From contig CAZRZP010000001.1 in the NCBI GenBank assembly GCA_964604645.1, positions 9,394 to 73,393 of the forward strand: DNA of 64,000 nucleotides, given 5' to 3'. The stretch's first letter is position 1. Each line of letters begins with the position of its first letter. Below are positions 55,810 through 64,000 of this stretch, in pieces. A program made the translations under genes and the position numbers. The notes beneath the pieces are model-generated. The model was not told the origin of the DNA. It did no database searches and was given only the letters and a program-made list of their open reading frames with translations. The stretch is from an uncultured Methanosarcinales archaeon. GTDB taxonomy: Archaea; Nanobdellota; Nanobdellia; Woesearchaeales; GW2011-AR9.

Positions 55810-56227
55810 TTCAAGTAATTATCTACTCTATGGGCTTATTCTGGTAATCCTACTAACTTCGGCTGTAACTTATCTAAATTGGCCTGAATGCACTTCAATT
55901 CAGGAGATGAGTACAATGGTCAAAGTTAAAGAAGCTGTTAATGGAAACGCTTGGATTGGTTTGACTGGGGATACAGATAAACTTGATTTTGGTGGGGTTT
56001 CACCTGGTTCAATATCTTCTCGTAAAATAAAAATAAAGAGAATTGTTGATGCTGACGTCTCTGTTTCTTATACTAATGAGATTGGCAAGTGGATGAGCGT
56101 CAAACCTAGCCCTATGTTTTCGATTAAGTCTGGTGAGGAAAAAGAAATTACTGTGGAGATTAATGTTCCTCAAGAAGTTCAAAACGGAAAGTATGAAGGT
56201 ACAGTAAAGTTTTGCTTTAAAGAATAG
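55787..56227 (+). CDS. N-terminally anchored small protein, last gene of the surface-module operon
   Basis: TM 'LLYGLILVILLTSAVTYL' followed by a beta-rich domain. Overlaps the previous gene by 23 nt. Confidence 0.4.
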   Translation: MITKRKFNSSNYLLYGLILVILLTSAVTYLNWPECTSIQEMSTMVKVKEAVNGNAWIGLTGDTDKLDFGGVSPGSISSRKIKIKRIVDADVSVSYTNEIGKWMSVKPSPMFSIKSGEEKEITVEINVPQEVQNGKYEGTVKFCFKE

Positions 56228-56326
56228 TTTTATAATTTGGTGTGAACTTTTTTTCATCTCAGCTTATTCTTTTAATCTTATTTTATACCAAACCTTTTTA
56301 AAAAATCAAGTAATTTTATGCTTAAA

Positions 56327-56375
56327 GGCAGATCGGTTACGGCTTATCTGCACTGGAGATACTAATTCTCCGAGG
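56327..56375 (+). promoter_or_regulatory. two hairpins in the rps15 5' leader, the second abutting the SD
   Basis: 'gcagat-cggttacggctt-atctgc' and 'ggag-atactaatt-ctcc' immediately before 'gaggt' and the ATG at 56384. Confidence 0.3.
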
Positions 56376-56383
56376 TAAATTAA

Positions 56384-56836
56384 ATGGCAAGAATGCATAG
56401 TAGAAAGAAAGGTAAAAGTAAAAGCGTTAAACCTATAGCTGGAGTTCCATCTTGGGCACCCTATAAAGGCAAAGAAGTTGAGAAATTAGTAATCAAATAT
56501 GCCAAAAAAGAAAAAACATCCAGTGAAATTGGTATAATTTTAAGAGATAGTTATGGGATTGGCAGTGTGAAAGCATCAACTGGAAAGACTGTGGTAAACA
56601 TCTTAAAAGAAAATAAACTTCAGAAAGATTTACCTGAAGATTTATTGAATGTAATCCGAAAATTGGTTGCAATTAATCAACATCTTGAAAAAAATAGGCA
56701 AGATAAGACTGCAGGCAGGGGATTACTTCTGACGACTTCTAAAATAAGACGTTTGACTAAATACTATAAAAAAATAAACCGGATACCTGCTGATTGGAAT
56801 TTAGATATAAAGCGTTCAAAGATGTATTTAGAATAA
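56384..56836 (+). CDS. rps15: 30S ribosomal protein S15 (S13e family)
   Basis: 'MARMHSRKKGKSKS...PSWAP' N-terminus and 'IGIILRDSYGI' are typical of archaeal S15P. Confidence 0.85.
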   Translation: MARMHSRKKGKSKSVKPIAGVPSWAPYKGKEVEKLVIKYAKKEKTSSEIGIILRDSYGIGSVKASTGKTVVNILKENKLQKDLPEDLLNVIRKLVAINQHLEKNRQDKTAGRGLLLTTSKIRRLTKYYKKINRIPADWNLDIKRSKMYLE

Positions 56837-57003
56837 TTTATTGTTTTTTTATTTTATTTCTTATATTTTTTTATAATTAATTTTGTTGTATTATATGTTT
56901 CTCTTTTAACTTGTTTAAATAAAGAATATACATAATAATCAAAAAGAAAAAGTAGAAAAAGAAAAAACTAAAGCATGGTTCTTATGCGTTCTGAAAGAAT
57001 GTC

Positions 57004-57024
57004 CAGAACTATAACATAGTTCTG
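57004..57024 (-). terminator. hairpin at the 3' end of the wHTH gene
   Basis: 'cagaactat-aac-atagttctg', a 9-bp stem overlapping the stop codon region. Confidence 0.25.
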
Positions 57025-57326
57025 ATACTTTCAATGTTTCCTGCGATTTCTTGGCCTTTTTTTGTTAACTCTAACAACTTAAGACGACCTTCTTTCTTAA
57101 AATTAATTAGCTCTGCTTTCTGCATCTCTTGTAAAATCTTTACAACATGCGAATAAGTGCAGTCTATTTGCTTCGCCAAAACTGAAGCATAGATGTTACT
57201 ATTGGCATTCTTTAACTCTACCAACATCATGGCTGGTTTTTCTCTAAAAAACACGTCAAATATCGATTTATTTCTATTCAAGTTGGACACCCCCAAACTC
57301 ATCCCCACCTCAAAGTTAGGGTACAA
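57009..57326 (-). CDS. winged-helix DNA-binding protein (MarR/TrmB-like fold)
   Basis: 'NIYASVLAKQIDCTYSHVVKILQEMQKAELINFKKEGRLKLLELTKKG' is an HTH plus wing pattern. Confidence 0.4.
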   Translation of the reverse strand: MYPNFEVGMSLGVSNLNRNKSIFDVFFREKPAMMLVELKNANSNIYASVLAKQIDCTYSHVVKILQEMQKAELINFKKEGRLKLLELTKKGQEIAGNIESIRTML

Positions 57327-57493
57327 TAGTTGTATTTAAACATTTATTTACTCTAATACACCTAATGCAACCTAGAGGTTATAAAAATCTTTTGTATCTG
57401 TTTTCACGAACAAATTTGTTTTTTTTTTGGAAAATAATTTGTTCTCATGAATAAAAAGCTTACTGCATTACACGAAAGCTTTTAAGCAATTCA

Positions 57494-59395
57494 TTGTTCA
57501 TCTTGCTAATGAGTTATAATAAATTCTTTCCGCATGAAGTTGTTCGAGAAGGACAAAAGCAATTATTAGAAGATATAAATTCCGTATTTTCTAATCAAAA
57601 AATATTATTAGCTCATGCTCCTACTGGGCTAGGTAAGACGGCAGCTACCTTAACTGTTGCTGCGCATCATGCATTACAGCACGACAAAACTATTTTCTTC
57701 CTAACAAATCGTCATACTCAACATCGCATTGCATTAGATACATTAAAACAAATTCAAAAAAAAGCAGATGTAAAACTTGGTTGTGTTGATTTAATTGGCA
57801 AGAAGTGGATGTGTCTTCAAGAAATTGCTAACCTTTATTCTGCTGACTTTAATGAGTTCTGTAAACATTTGGTAGAGAAAGGAGAGTGTGATTATTATTC
57901 CAGAATAAAAGGAAAAAAAGGACTTACTGTTGAAGGTACACAGGCAGTTTCAAACTTAATGAAATTGCCTCCTTTGCATAATCATGAATTAATTAATGAG
58001 GCTAGAAATCATAATATGTGTGCTTATGAGTTAGCATTAGAAGCAGCAAAAAAAGCCAACGTTATTATTTGTGATTATTATTATATTTTTAATCCTTTCA
58101 TTCAGCAAAATCTTTTCAATAAGTTAGGCTTAGAGATGGAAGACGTTATATTAATTGTAGATGAGGGCCATAATTTACCAAATCGCGTTCAGGATATGTT
58201 AAGTTCAACCCTATCAAGTAATATGTTGCATAATGCAATTAGTGAATCCAAGAAATTTCGTTTTTCTGGTTTAGTTGGTTGGCTGACTGGGCTACAAGAT
58301 ATTTTGAAAGAATTAAATGAAGAATTAATTGGTTCGGAAGGAATTGTTGAGGAAAGAGATTTAACTTTACCACTTAAGAAAGTTGTAGAATATGATGCTT
58401 TTTTAGATGAATTAAATGATGCAGCTAATGAAGTTCGTAAAAAGCAAAGACGAAGTTATTTGGGAGGAGTTGCTGCTTTCTTAGATACTTGGAGGGGTGA
58501 TGATGATGGGTATGTGAGAATTATTACAAGAATACCTGGTTCCCCTTCTGTTATTCGTTTAGATTATTCTTGTTTAGATCCAAGTGTTGTAACTGGTAAA
58601 ATTTTCAAAGATTGTTGGAGTGGTGTTGTGATGAGTGGAACTCTCTCACCATTGTCTATGTATAAAGATTTATTGGGAATAGCTGAATCTGAACAGAAAA
58701 CTTATGCTAGTCCTTTTCCACCTGAGAATAAATGTTCTTTAATCATTCCACAAACAACAACTAAGTTTACTATGCGTAGTAAAACAATGTTTCAAGAAAT
58801 CAGTTCAAAGTGTTCTGAAATTTCTTCTTTAGTTCCTGGTAATGTTGCTTTTTTTTTCCCTTCTTATTCATTAAGAGATCAAGTGGCTACTTTTTTGAAC
58901 GATGAATCAGGAAATGGGTTGAGTGCAGGCGAAGCAAACGGCAAGAAATTATTTTGGGAAAAAAGACATATGAGCAAAGAAGAAAAAGAAACCATGTTAA
59001 AAGAATTCATTGAAGCAAAGGGGAATGGTGGTGGAATACTTTTGGCAGTGACTGGAGCTAATTTTGCAGAAGGTGTAGATTTTCCTGGTGATGCTTTACA
59101 GGGAGTAGTTGTGGTTGGCTTGCCATTAGCAAAACCAGATCTTAAAACAAAGGCTAAAATTCAATATTATGAACAGAAATTTAATGCAGGATGGGATTAC
59201 GGTTATGTATTTCCTGCAATGAATAAATGTTTACAATCGGCAGGAAGATGTATTCGCAGTGGTAAAGATCGTGGTGCAATAATATATCTTGACGAAAGGT
59301 TTGCTTGGCAGCAATATTATCGTTGTTTTGACTCAGAAGGTCTTATTGTAAGTAAAGACTATGGCTCTTTATTAAATAAATTTTTCAACAAATGA
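57494..59395 (+). CDS. xpd: XPD/Rad3-family 5'-3' DNA helicase with 4Fe-4S cluster domain
   Basis: Walker A 'APTGLGKTAA', four Cys 'C..C..C..C' between the motifs, DEAH box 'VDEGHNLPN', and the C-terminal 'GVVVVGLPLA', 'QSAGRCIRS' helicase motifs. Confidence 0.8.
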   Translation: MFILLMSYNKFFPHEVVREGQKQLLEDINSVFSNQKILLAHAPTGLGKTAATLTVAAHHALQHDKTIFFLTNRHTQHRIALDTLKQIQKKADVKLGCVDLIGKKWMCLQEIANLYSADFNEFCKHLVEKGECDYYSRIKGKKGLTVEGTQAVSNLMKLPPLHNHELINEARNHNMCAYELALEAAKKANVIICDYYYIFNPFIQQNLFNKLGLEMEDVILIVDEGHNLPNRVQDMLSSTLSSNMLHNAISESKKFRFSGLVGWLTGLQDILKELNEELIGSEGIVEERDLTLPLKKVVEYDAFLDELNDAANEVRKKQRRSYLGGVAAFLDTWRGDDDGYVRIITRIPGSPSVIRLDYSCLDPSVVTGKIFKDCWSGVVMSGTLSPLSMYKDLLGIAESEQKTYASPFPPENKCSLIIPQTTTKFTMRSKTMFQEISSKCSEISSLVPGNVAFFFPSYSLRDQVATFLNDESGNGLSAGEANGKKLFWEKRHMSKEEKETMLKEFIEAKGNGGGILLAVTGANFAEGVDFPGDALQGVVVVGLPLAKPDLKTKAKIQYYEQKFNAGWDYGYVFPAMNKCLQSAGRCIRSGKDRGAIIYLDERFAWQQYYRCFDSEGLIVSKDYGSLLNKFFNK

Positions 59396-59729
59396 TTGTC
59401 AACCCCTTAACTATTTCCCTAGTTTAGTGTCTTTTTAAGCCAACCAGTATACTAAATAGTAACATTTATATACTTGTTACACTTTCAGGACAATTGAGAA
59501 AGAAATTATTGGGGTTCCTAAAATTCTACCACCCTCACCCCCTCTTAGGAGCCTCATTCTTTCATTTTTTGTTATTCGTTTTTGGTACTATCTTTTCATT
59601 GCACTTTTATCCTTGTTTCGCCTATATCATTATCATCTATTTTTCAAAAAACACATATTCAAAAAGCATATACATTATATGAAGCATCTGTGAAAAATAT
59701 ATATAGTTTTACCTTTACCTTTAGCGACG

Positions 59730-60044
59730 ATGAGCAGAGTTCCATTCGAGGCTTGTATAGATTGTCAGGAGGCAATCACAAATCCAGTTTGTCCTAACTG
59801 TTTAGCTGAACAAATGAAAGTTTTTGTTGGAGAAACTAATGATGGATTAGCTTCCTACATCTATGGAGCAAATATTGAAGGAAGCACCCAATGCATCTCC
59901 TGTCAGCAGGGAATGGGGCTTTGCGCCCATTGTTTTTCAAGAGACATATATTGTTTCATCTTAGAGAATGATATGCTTCTTGCTAAAGAATTCAAAGCTA
60001 GATTCGATTTTGATTTGAGAAGAAAGCTGGCTGATTTTAATTAG
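59730..60044 (+). CDS. Cys-rich small hypothetical protein (locally elevated GC)
   Basis: 'CIDCQEA...CPNC' and 'CISCQQGMGLCAHCF'. 104 aa. Confidence 0.35.
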   Translation: MSRVPFEACIDCQEAITNPVCPNCLAEQMKVFVGETNDGLASYIYGANIEGSTQCISCQQGMGLCAHCFSRDIYCFILENDMLLAKEFKARFDFDLRRKLADFN

Positions 60045-60073
60045 TCTATATGTATTTTAATTATATTTTTCAA

Positions 60074-61885
60074 TTAAAAACAGAACTCTTTTACTTTATT
60101 TGCAGTTAAAGTAAATCCACCTAACTTTTTGTTAACTCCCTCATTCGGATGCGTAATTATTTTACTTGTTTCTCCTACACCAATCGTAATGATTTCCCTT
60201 TCAACAACTTTATTACCAACTGATGCAACAACATCTTTTTTACATACCCCTTTACTTTCAGCACATATACAACTTACTCCGTAAGTCGTTTTACACTCTG
60301 CACAATCTGCATCACTTTTACATGCCAAATCAACTTCTTGATCACAAGAAATTGCCGTGCCTAAACTATCATAGCAAAATACATCTGTCTTAATAATTTC
60401 AATTGGTATCTTTACTGAGTCTCCTTGGCAGAAATTAGGTAGTGGTCGAACCGTCCATCTTAAAGCTCCTGCAGCCGCATAACTGCCTTCTTTTCCATGA
60501 AGAAGGTAAGTTTCTCCGTCACTTGTAACAATTTCAATATTATTAATATTACAACTCTTTGATTGACAAGTTTTCTGTGTGTAAAGATCTTTCTCATCAT
60601 ATGCTTGACATTTACCATTGACACAGAACTGACCAATAGTACATTCCTGATGGTCAGAACAGCTTTCTTTGCTCACATCAACTCTTTCAGCATCGTATGC
60701 TTCTTCGACATCACATTTTGTATTATTATTTTCATCTAAACAACAACCTCCTTCCGTTACAATGTGAGGTGGAGTACATTCAAATGGTGCATCATTTGCG
60801 AAACTGTCTTGAATATGAATAGCTTTTCCAGCAGTTTGGGAAAGGAAGAAGAAACCAAGTATAACTAAACCAAGCGTCAATCCTCCAATAACCACCATTC
60901 TTTTTTTATCGCCATGTAATGGAATATTTCCAGTTGGTTCAGGCTCAGAACTTACAGACCTACTTGCGGATCTTTTTGGAGCTGTTTTTTGTGAAGTTGT
61001 TGAAGTACTTGCTTGAGCTCCTTTATATGAATGATAATTTCTTTGAACAGTTGCATGATATGCTCGATTTATATCATCTGCATTCCAGCCAGCTTTCATT
61101 AAATTTTCTTTAATGTGGAAAAAGTTTTTTCCTTGCTTAATATGTTTGGTAATATAATCCATTACTGGGTGATTGGAAGAACTTACGTTCTGACTTCTTC
61201 CCATTGAACTTCTTCTTACTTGTTGATTATTATTACTATAAGTATTATTTTTTGTTTTATTTTTTTTCATATACCAAATTCCACCAATTAATCCTGCAAT
61301 TATTAGTATCCCTATAATCCAAAAACCTGAGCCACCTTCTTTAAATTCATTAATTTGCTGCTGCAAGGCTGAAACATTTGTTCTAGTTTCTTTGATATCT
61401 TCCTGGATTGCTGCTAGCCCTGTTGAAACTGAAGAAATCTGTTTACCAAGTGAATCTTCAGTTTGTCCTTGCTTTTGAACTAATTGTCGCAAATTATCGT
61501 TAATACTTTGAATTTGTTTTTGCAAATCTGTGTTAGCTGTGCTATCAACTGCAACCTTTTGTTCTAAGATAGCTAATTTTGCTTCTACATTAGAGACTTT
61601 TGAATTAAGTACAACATCTGTATCTTTGGAGGGCGTTGTTTGAGAATTTCCGGTTGTTGAAGTATTAGTTTTGTTTGTTTTTTGATCTCCAGCAACGGCT
61701 GTTTTCATCATACAAGTTTTTGTAAACCCGCTGCAATAACAACTTTGTTTAGCTGGACATGCTTTTACACAATCAGCTGTTTGAACACATTTTATTCCTA
61801 GATTCTTGTCAGCTAATGCAGAAAAAGAAAGTATTGCAACTATAAATAACACCAAGACTACCGCTATCTTCACTTTTTTCATCAA
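60074..61885 (-). CDS. two-TM membrane protein with N- and C-terminal extracellular Cys-rich domains, a coiled-coil stalk and a Ser/Asn-rich cytoplasmic loop
   Basis: Signal 'MMKKVKIAVVLVLFIVAILSFSALA'. 'CVQTADCVKACPAKQSCYCSG'. Heptad-rich 'LEQKVAVDSTANTDLQKQIQSINDNLRQLVQKQ'. TMs 'FWIIGILIIAGLIGGIWY' and 'MVVIGGLTLGLVILGFFFL'. About 30 Cys in the C-terminal domain. Confidence 0.45.
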   Translation of the reverse strand: MMKKVKIAVVLVLFIVAILSFSALADKNLGIKCVQTADCVKACPAKQSCYCSGFTKTCMMKTAVAGDQKTNKTNTSTTGNSQTTPSKDTDVVLNSKVSNVEAKLAILEQKVAVDSTANTDLQKQIQSINDNLRQLVQKQGQTEDSLGKQISSVSTGLAAIQEDIKETRTNVSALQQQINEFKEGGSGFWIIGILIIAGLIGGIWYMKKNKTKNNTYSNNNQQVRRSSMGRSQNVSSSNHPVMDYITKHIKQGKNFFHIKENLMKAGWNADDINRAYHATVQRNYHSYKGAQASTSTTSQKTAPKRSASRSVSSEPEPTGNIPLHGDKKRMVVIGGLTLGLVILGFFFLSQTAGKAIHIQDSFANDAPFECTPPHIVTEGGCCLDENNNTKCDVEEAYDAERVDVSKESCSDHQECTIGQFCVNGKCQAYDEKDLYTQKTCQSKSCNINNIEIVTSDGETYLLHGKEGSYAAAGALRWTVRPLPNFCQGDSVKIPIEIIKTDVFCYDSLGTAISCDQEVDLACKSDADCAECKTTYGVSCICAESKGVCKKDVVASVGNKVVEREIITIGVGETSKIITHPNEGVNKKLGGFTLTANKVKEFCF

Positions 61886-62027
61886 TAATCCTCTTTTTCC
61901 TACGTTAGAAGTGATATTGAGGTTTATATATCTTTTTGTTACTTAAAGCAGGAAAAAGTATTTGACTATTATCTTTAATAAAAGTGGAGGGGTAATCTTT
62001 AAATATCTCTACTTTAACCTTTCTTTG

Positions 62028-63299
62028 ATGTTAGATATAAACTTGGTGCGTGAGAAACCGGATTTAGTTAAGAAAAATCAAGAAAAAAGAGGTTTAGATT
62101 CTAAATTAGTTGTCTCTGTTTTGAAATTCGATGAGAAATGGCGCAATGAATTGAAAAAACTTGAAAAACTTAAACATACCCGTAACGTGGTTTCTCAAGA
62201 AATTAATGCTGCAAAAAAGAAAAAAGATGAAAAAACAGCTAAGCAGAAAATTAAGGAAATGCAATCTGTCGTTGCCGATATTAAGAAAGGTGAACAGAAA
62301 GTAGATCAGTTATTATCGGAAAGAGATGAAGTTCTCGGTGATTTAGGAAATATCATGCATTCTAAAGTTCCAAAAGGTAAAGATGATTCAGAAAATGTTG
62401 AAATAAGAAAAGAAGGAAAGATAAATAATTTTGATTTCGAAATTAAAAATCATGTGGAATTATGTGAGGAATTAGGTTTAGCAGATTTTTCTGCTTCAGG
62501 CGAAACAAGTGGTAACGGTTTTTATTTTTTGAAAGGGCAGCTAGGTTTACTAAATCAGGCATTGATTAGGTTTGCTTTAGATATTATGCAAAAGAACGGT
62601 TATGAATATATTGAACCACCTTTAATGCTGAGAAAAAACATTTTAGACGCAGCAATTGATACAGGTGAATGGGAACAAACAATCTATTCTATTGATGGAG
62701 AAGATTTAGCGCTAATAGGCACGAGTGAACATGCTTTACTTGGATTACATTCAGGAGAAACGTTTTCTGAAAAAAGTTTACCCAAAAAATATTTTGCTTA
62801 CTCTATGTGTTTTCGTAAAGAAGTTGGGGCTCACGGTATTAATGAGCGTGGGTTGTGGAGAACACACCAATTTAATAAAGTTGAACAATTCATTTTTTGC
62901 AATCCTGAACAGAGTGAAAAGTTTTTTGGTGAGTTATTAAAAAATTCAGAAGAGATATTAAAGAAATTAAAATTACCTTATCGAATTATTGAAATCTGTT
63001 CAGGAGATTTGAGCCTATGGAAGCAGCGGAGTTATGATGTAGAAGTTTGGAGACCAACAACTAAAGAGTATGGAGAAATAATGTCATTAAGCAACTGCAC
63101 AGATTTTCAAGCTCGTAAGTTAGGTATAAAAGTTGAAAAAGATGGTAAAAGGGAAGTAGTCCATACATTAAACAACACAGCTTTAGCAACTTCTCGTATA
63201 ATGGTAGGTATTTTAGAAAATAATCAAACTAAAAAAGGAACTGTAAAGATTCCTAAGGTGCTTCAACCATTTATGGGTGGAGTTAAGGAGTTGAAATGA
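62028..63299 (+). CDS. serS: seryl-tRNA synthetase
   Basis: 'MLDINLVREKPDLVKKN' start and class II motif 2 'FRKEVGAHGINERGLWRTHQFNKVEQF'. The listed ORF extends 22 codons upstream to 61962. Confidence 0.85.
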   Translation: MLDINLVREKPDLVKKNQEKRGLDSKLVVSVLKFDEKWRNELKKLEKLKHTRNVVSQEINAAKKKKDEKTAKQKIKEMQSVVADIKKGEQKVDQLLSERDEVLGDLGNIMHSKVPKGKDDSENVEIRKEGKINNFDFEIKNHVELCEELGLADFSASGETSGNGFYFLKGQLGLLNQALIRFALDIMQKNGYEYIEPPLMLRKNILDAAIDTGEWEQTIYSIDGEDLALIGTSEHALLGLHSGETFSEKSLPKKYFAYSMCFRKEVGAHGINERGLWRTHQFNKVEQFIFCNPEQSEKFFGELLKNSEEILKKLKLPYRIIEICSGDLSLWKQRSYDVEVWRPTTKEYGEIMSLSNCTDFQARKLGIKVEKDGKREVVHTLNNTALATSRIMVGILENNQTKKGTVKIPKVLQPFMGGVKELK

Positions 63300-63563
63300 T
63301 TTGTTCTTATATTTTATTATTTGATTAGTGTTCCCATTACATCTTGAAAGAAAACTTCCTTCCCTTCATGAGTTATTGTTTCTTTTCCAATAAAATACTC
63401 GTAATTTCCTTTCATAATAAATTTGTAAGTAAAATCGTTTTGTTGAAATAGTTGTACTTGGTGACAGGTATGAAGATGGTGAATTGGCCATTAATTTGAA
63501 GGCTGTTTTTATAGATGTAAATAAGAAGAGTTATGAGGAATTGGTTAAAGAATTTTGAATTAA

Positions 63564-63806
63564 TTATTGATTTGATTTATTTTTAGATTGATATTGGTTT
63601 TTACAAATCATGGCTAATGGATATATTATAGCAAGTGCTAAAGTTGAATACAAAGTAGTTTCACTTACACCATGCCCAGAAAAACTTTGCCAGTATGAAT
63701 CACTAACTGGATTAAATAAAGTTTGAATTCCTGTATTAACTCCATAAGCAATCCCTGTTGTTATGATTGTATCTTTACAGATGCTAACTATTGATTTTTT
63801 ATCCAT
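63564..63806 (-). CDS. small membrane protein
   Basis: 80 aa with two hydrophobic helices. Confidence 0.25.
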   Translation of the reverse strand: MDKKSIVSICKDTIITTGIAYGVNTGIQTLFNPVSDSYWQSFSGHGVSETTLYSTLALAIIYPLAMICKNQYQSKNKSNQ

Positions 63807-64000
63807 AATAAATAAAATAAATTGTTCACTTATAATTTTTTTGCTATTTTTAAGTGGTATCTGTGGTTTGTGAAGAATTAATTAAAGAATTTTGATTTAA
63901 CTACTTAATATTTTTTGTGAAAAACCAGCAATTATTGCTGGTGCTACAGTTCTATATTTTTTCTTAATTTCTGCTGGTGCAGCGTAAGTGTTCTTATGCG

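Noticed and set aside
63300-63563. Possible 32-aa minus-strand micro-ORF ('MKGNYEYFIGKETITHEGKEVFFQDVMGTLIK') between serS and the last small membrane gene.
   Set aside because: It is too short and has no upstream signal I could assess. Not reported as a feature.
1-64000. CRISPR arrays, rRNA genes, IS elements or transposases, integrases.
   Set aside because: No regularly spaced direct repeats were seen. No rRNA-like conserved stretches. No ORF had DDE/HUH transposase or tyrosine/serine recombinase motifs. The only repeats are coding low-complexity tracts and a short (AAT)n.

Overview
This 64 kb window is a low-GC (roughly 30-35%) archaeal region, recognisable from archaeal-type information-processing genes. 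The compact, gene-dense organisation and many small hypothetical, membrane and secreted proteins suggest a reduced genome, possibly DPANN-like; that lineage call is inference.

Recognisable housekeeping genes:
- valS, glyS, serS
- guaB
- cca (CCA-adding enzyme)
- nfi
- acyP
- pth2
- XPD helicase
- rfcL
- an SSB-like OB-fold protein
- ribosomal proteins L44e, S27e and S15
- aIF2-alpha followed by Nop10
- a complete proteasome/exosome superoperon: Pop5, psmA, SBDS, rrp4, rrp41, rrp42, rpoK and a small DUF357-like ORF

The window contains one tRNA gene (about 122 nt) that appears to carry up to three introns, including non-canonical positions. It also contains several GC-rich structured intergenic segments that are candidate ncRNAs.

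The most unusual content is a co-directional locus of about 12.6 kb at 43.6-56.2 kb:
- a small protein with two sigma70-region-4-like HTH repeats, translationally coupled to a 2351-aa membrane-anchored giant protein;
- that giant protein is built from Ig-like/LamG_3 repeats plus an FN3-like domain and is studded with N-glycosylation sequons;
- two paralogous signal-peptide plus C-terminal-anchor proteins follow;
- then two tandem secreted paralogs and small pilin-like or anchored proteins.
I interpret this as a candidate dedicated cell-surface adhesion or filament system that is not described as such.

Other notable items:
- a 1235-aa cytoplasmic protein with at least 10 tandem copies of a 35-40 aa 'TP-x-TWP' repeat;
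- an sTop-codon-bounded single-gene island at 1444-1908 with markedly elevated GC;
- a minimal K+ channel (S3-S4-pore) fused to a zinc ribbon;
- a tandem-duplicated Lrp/AsnC regulator next to an intracellular trypsin-like protease;
- tandem paralogous Cys-rich membrane-anchored proteins.

No CRISPR array, rRNA or recognisable transposase was seen. Coordinates I derived myself (small genes, RNA, hairpins) may be off by a few nt.
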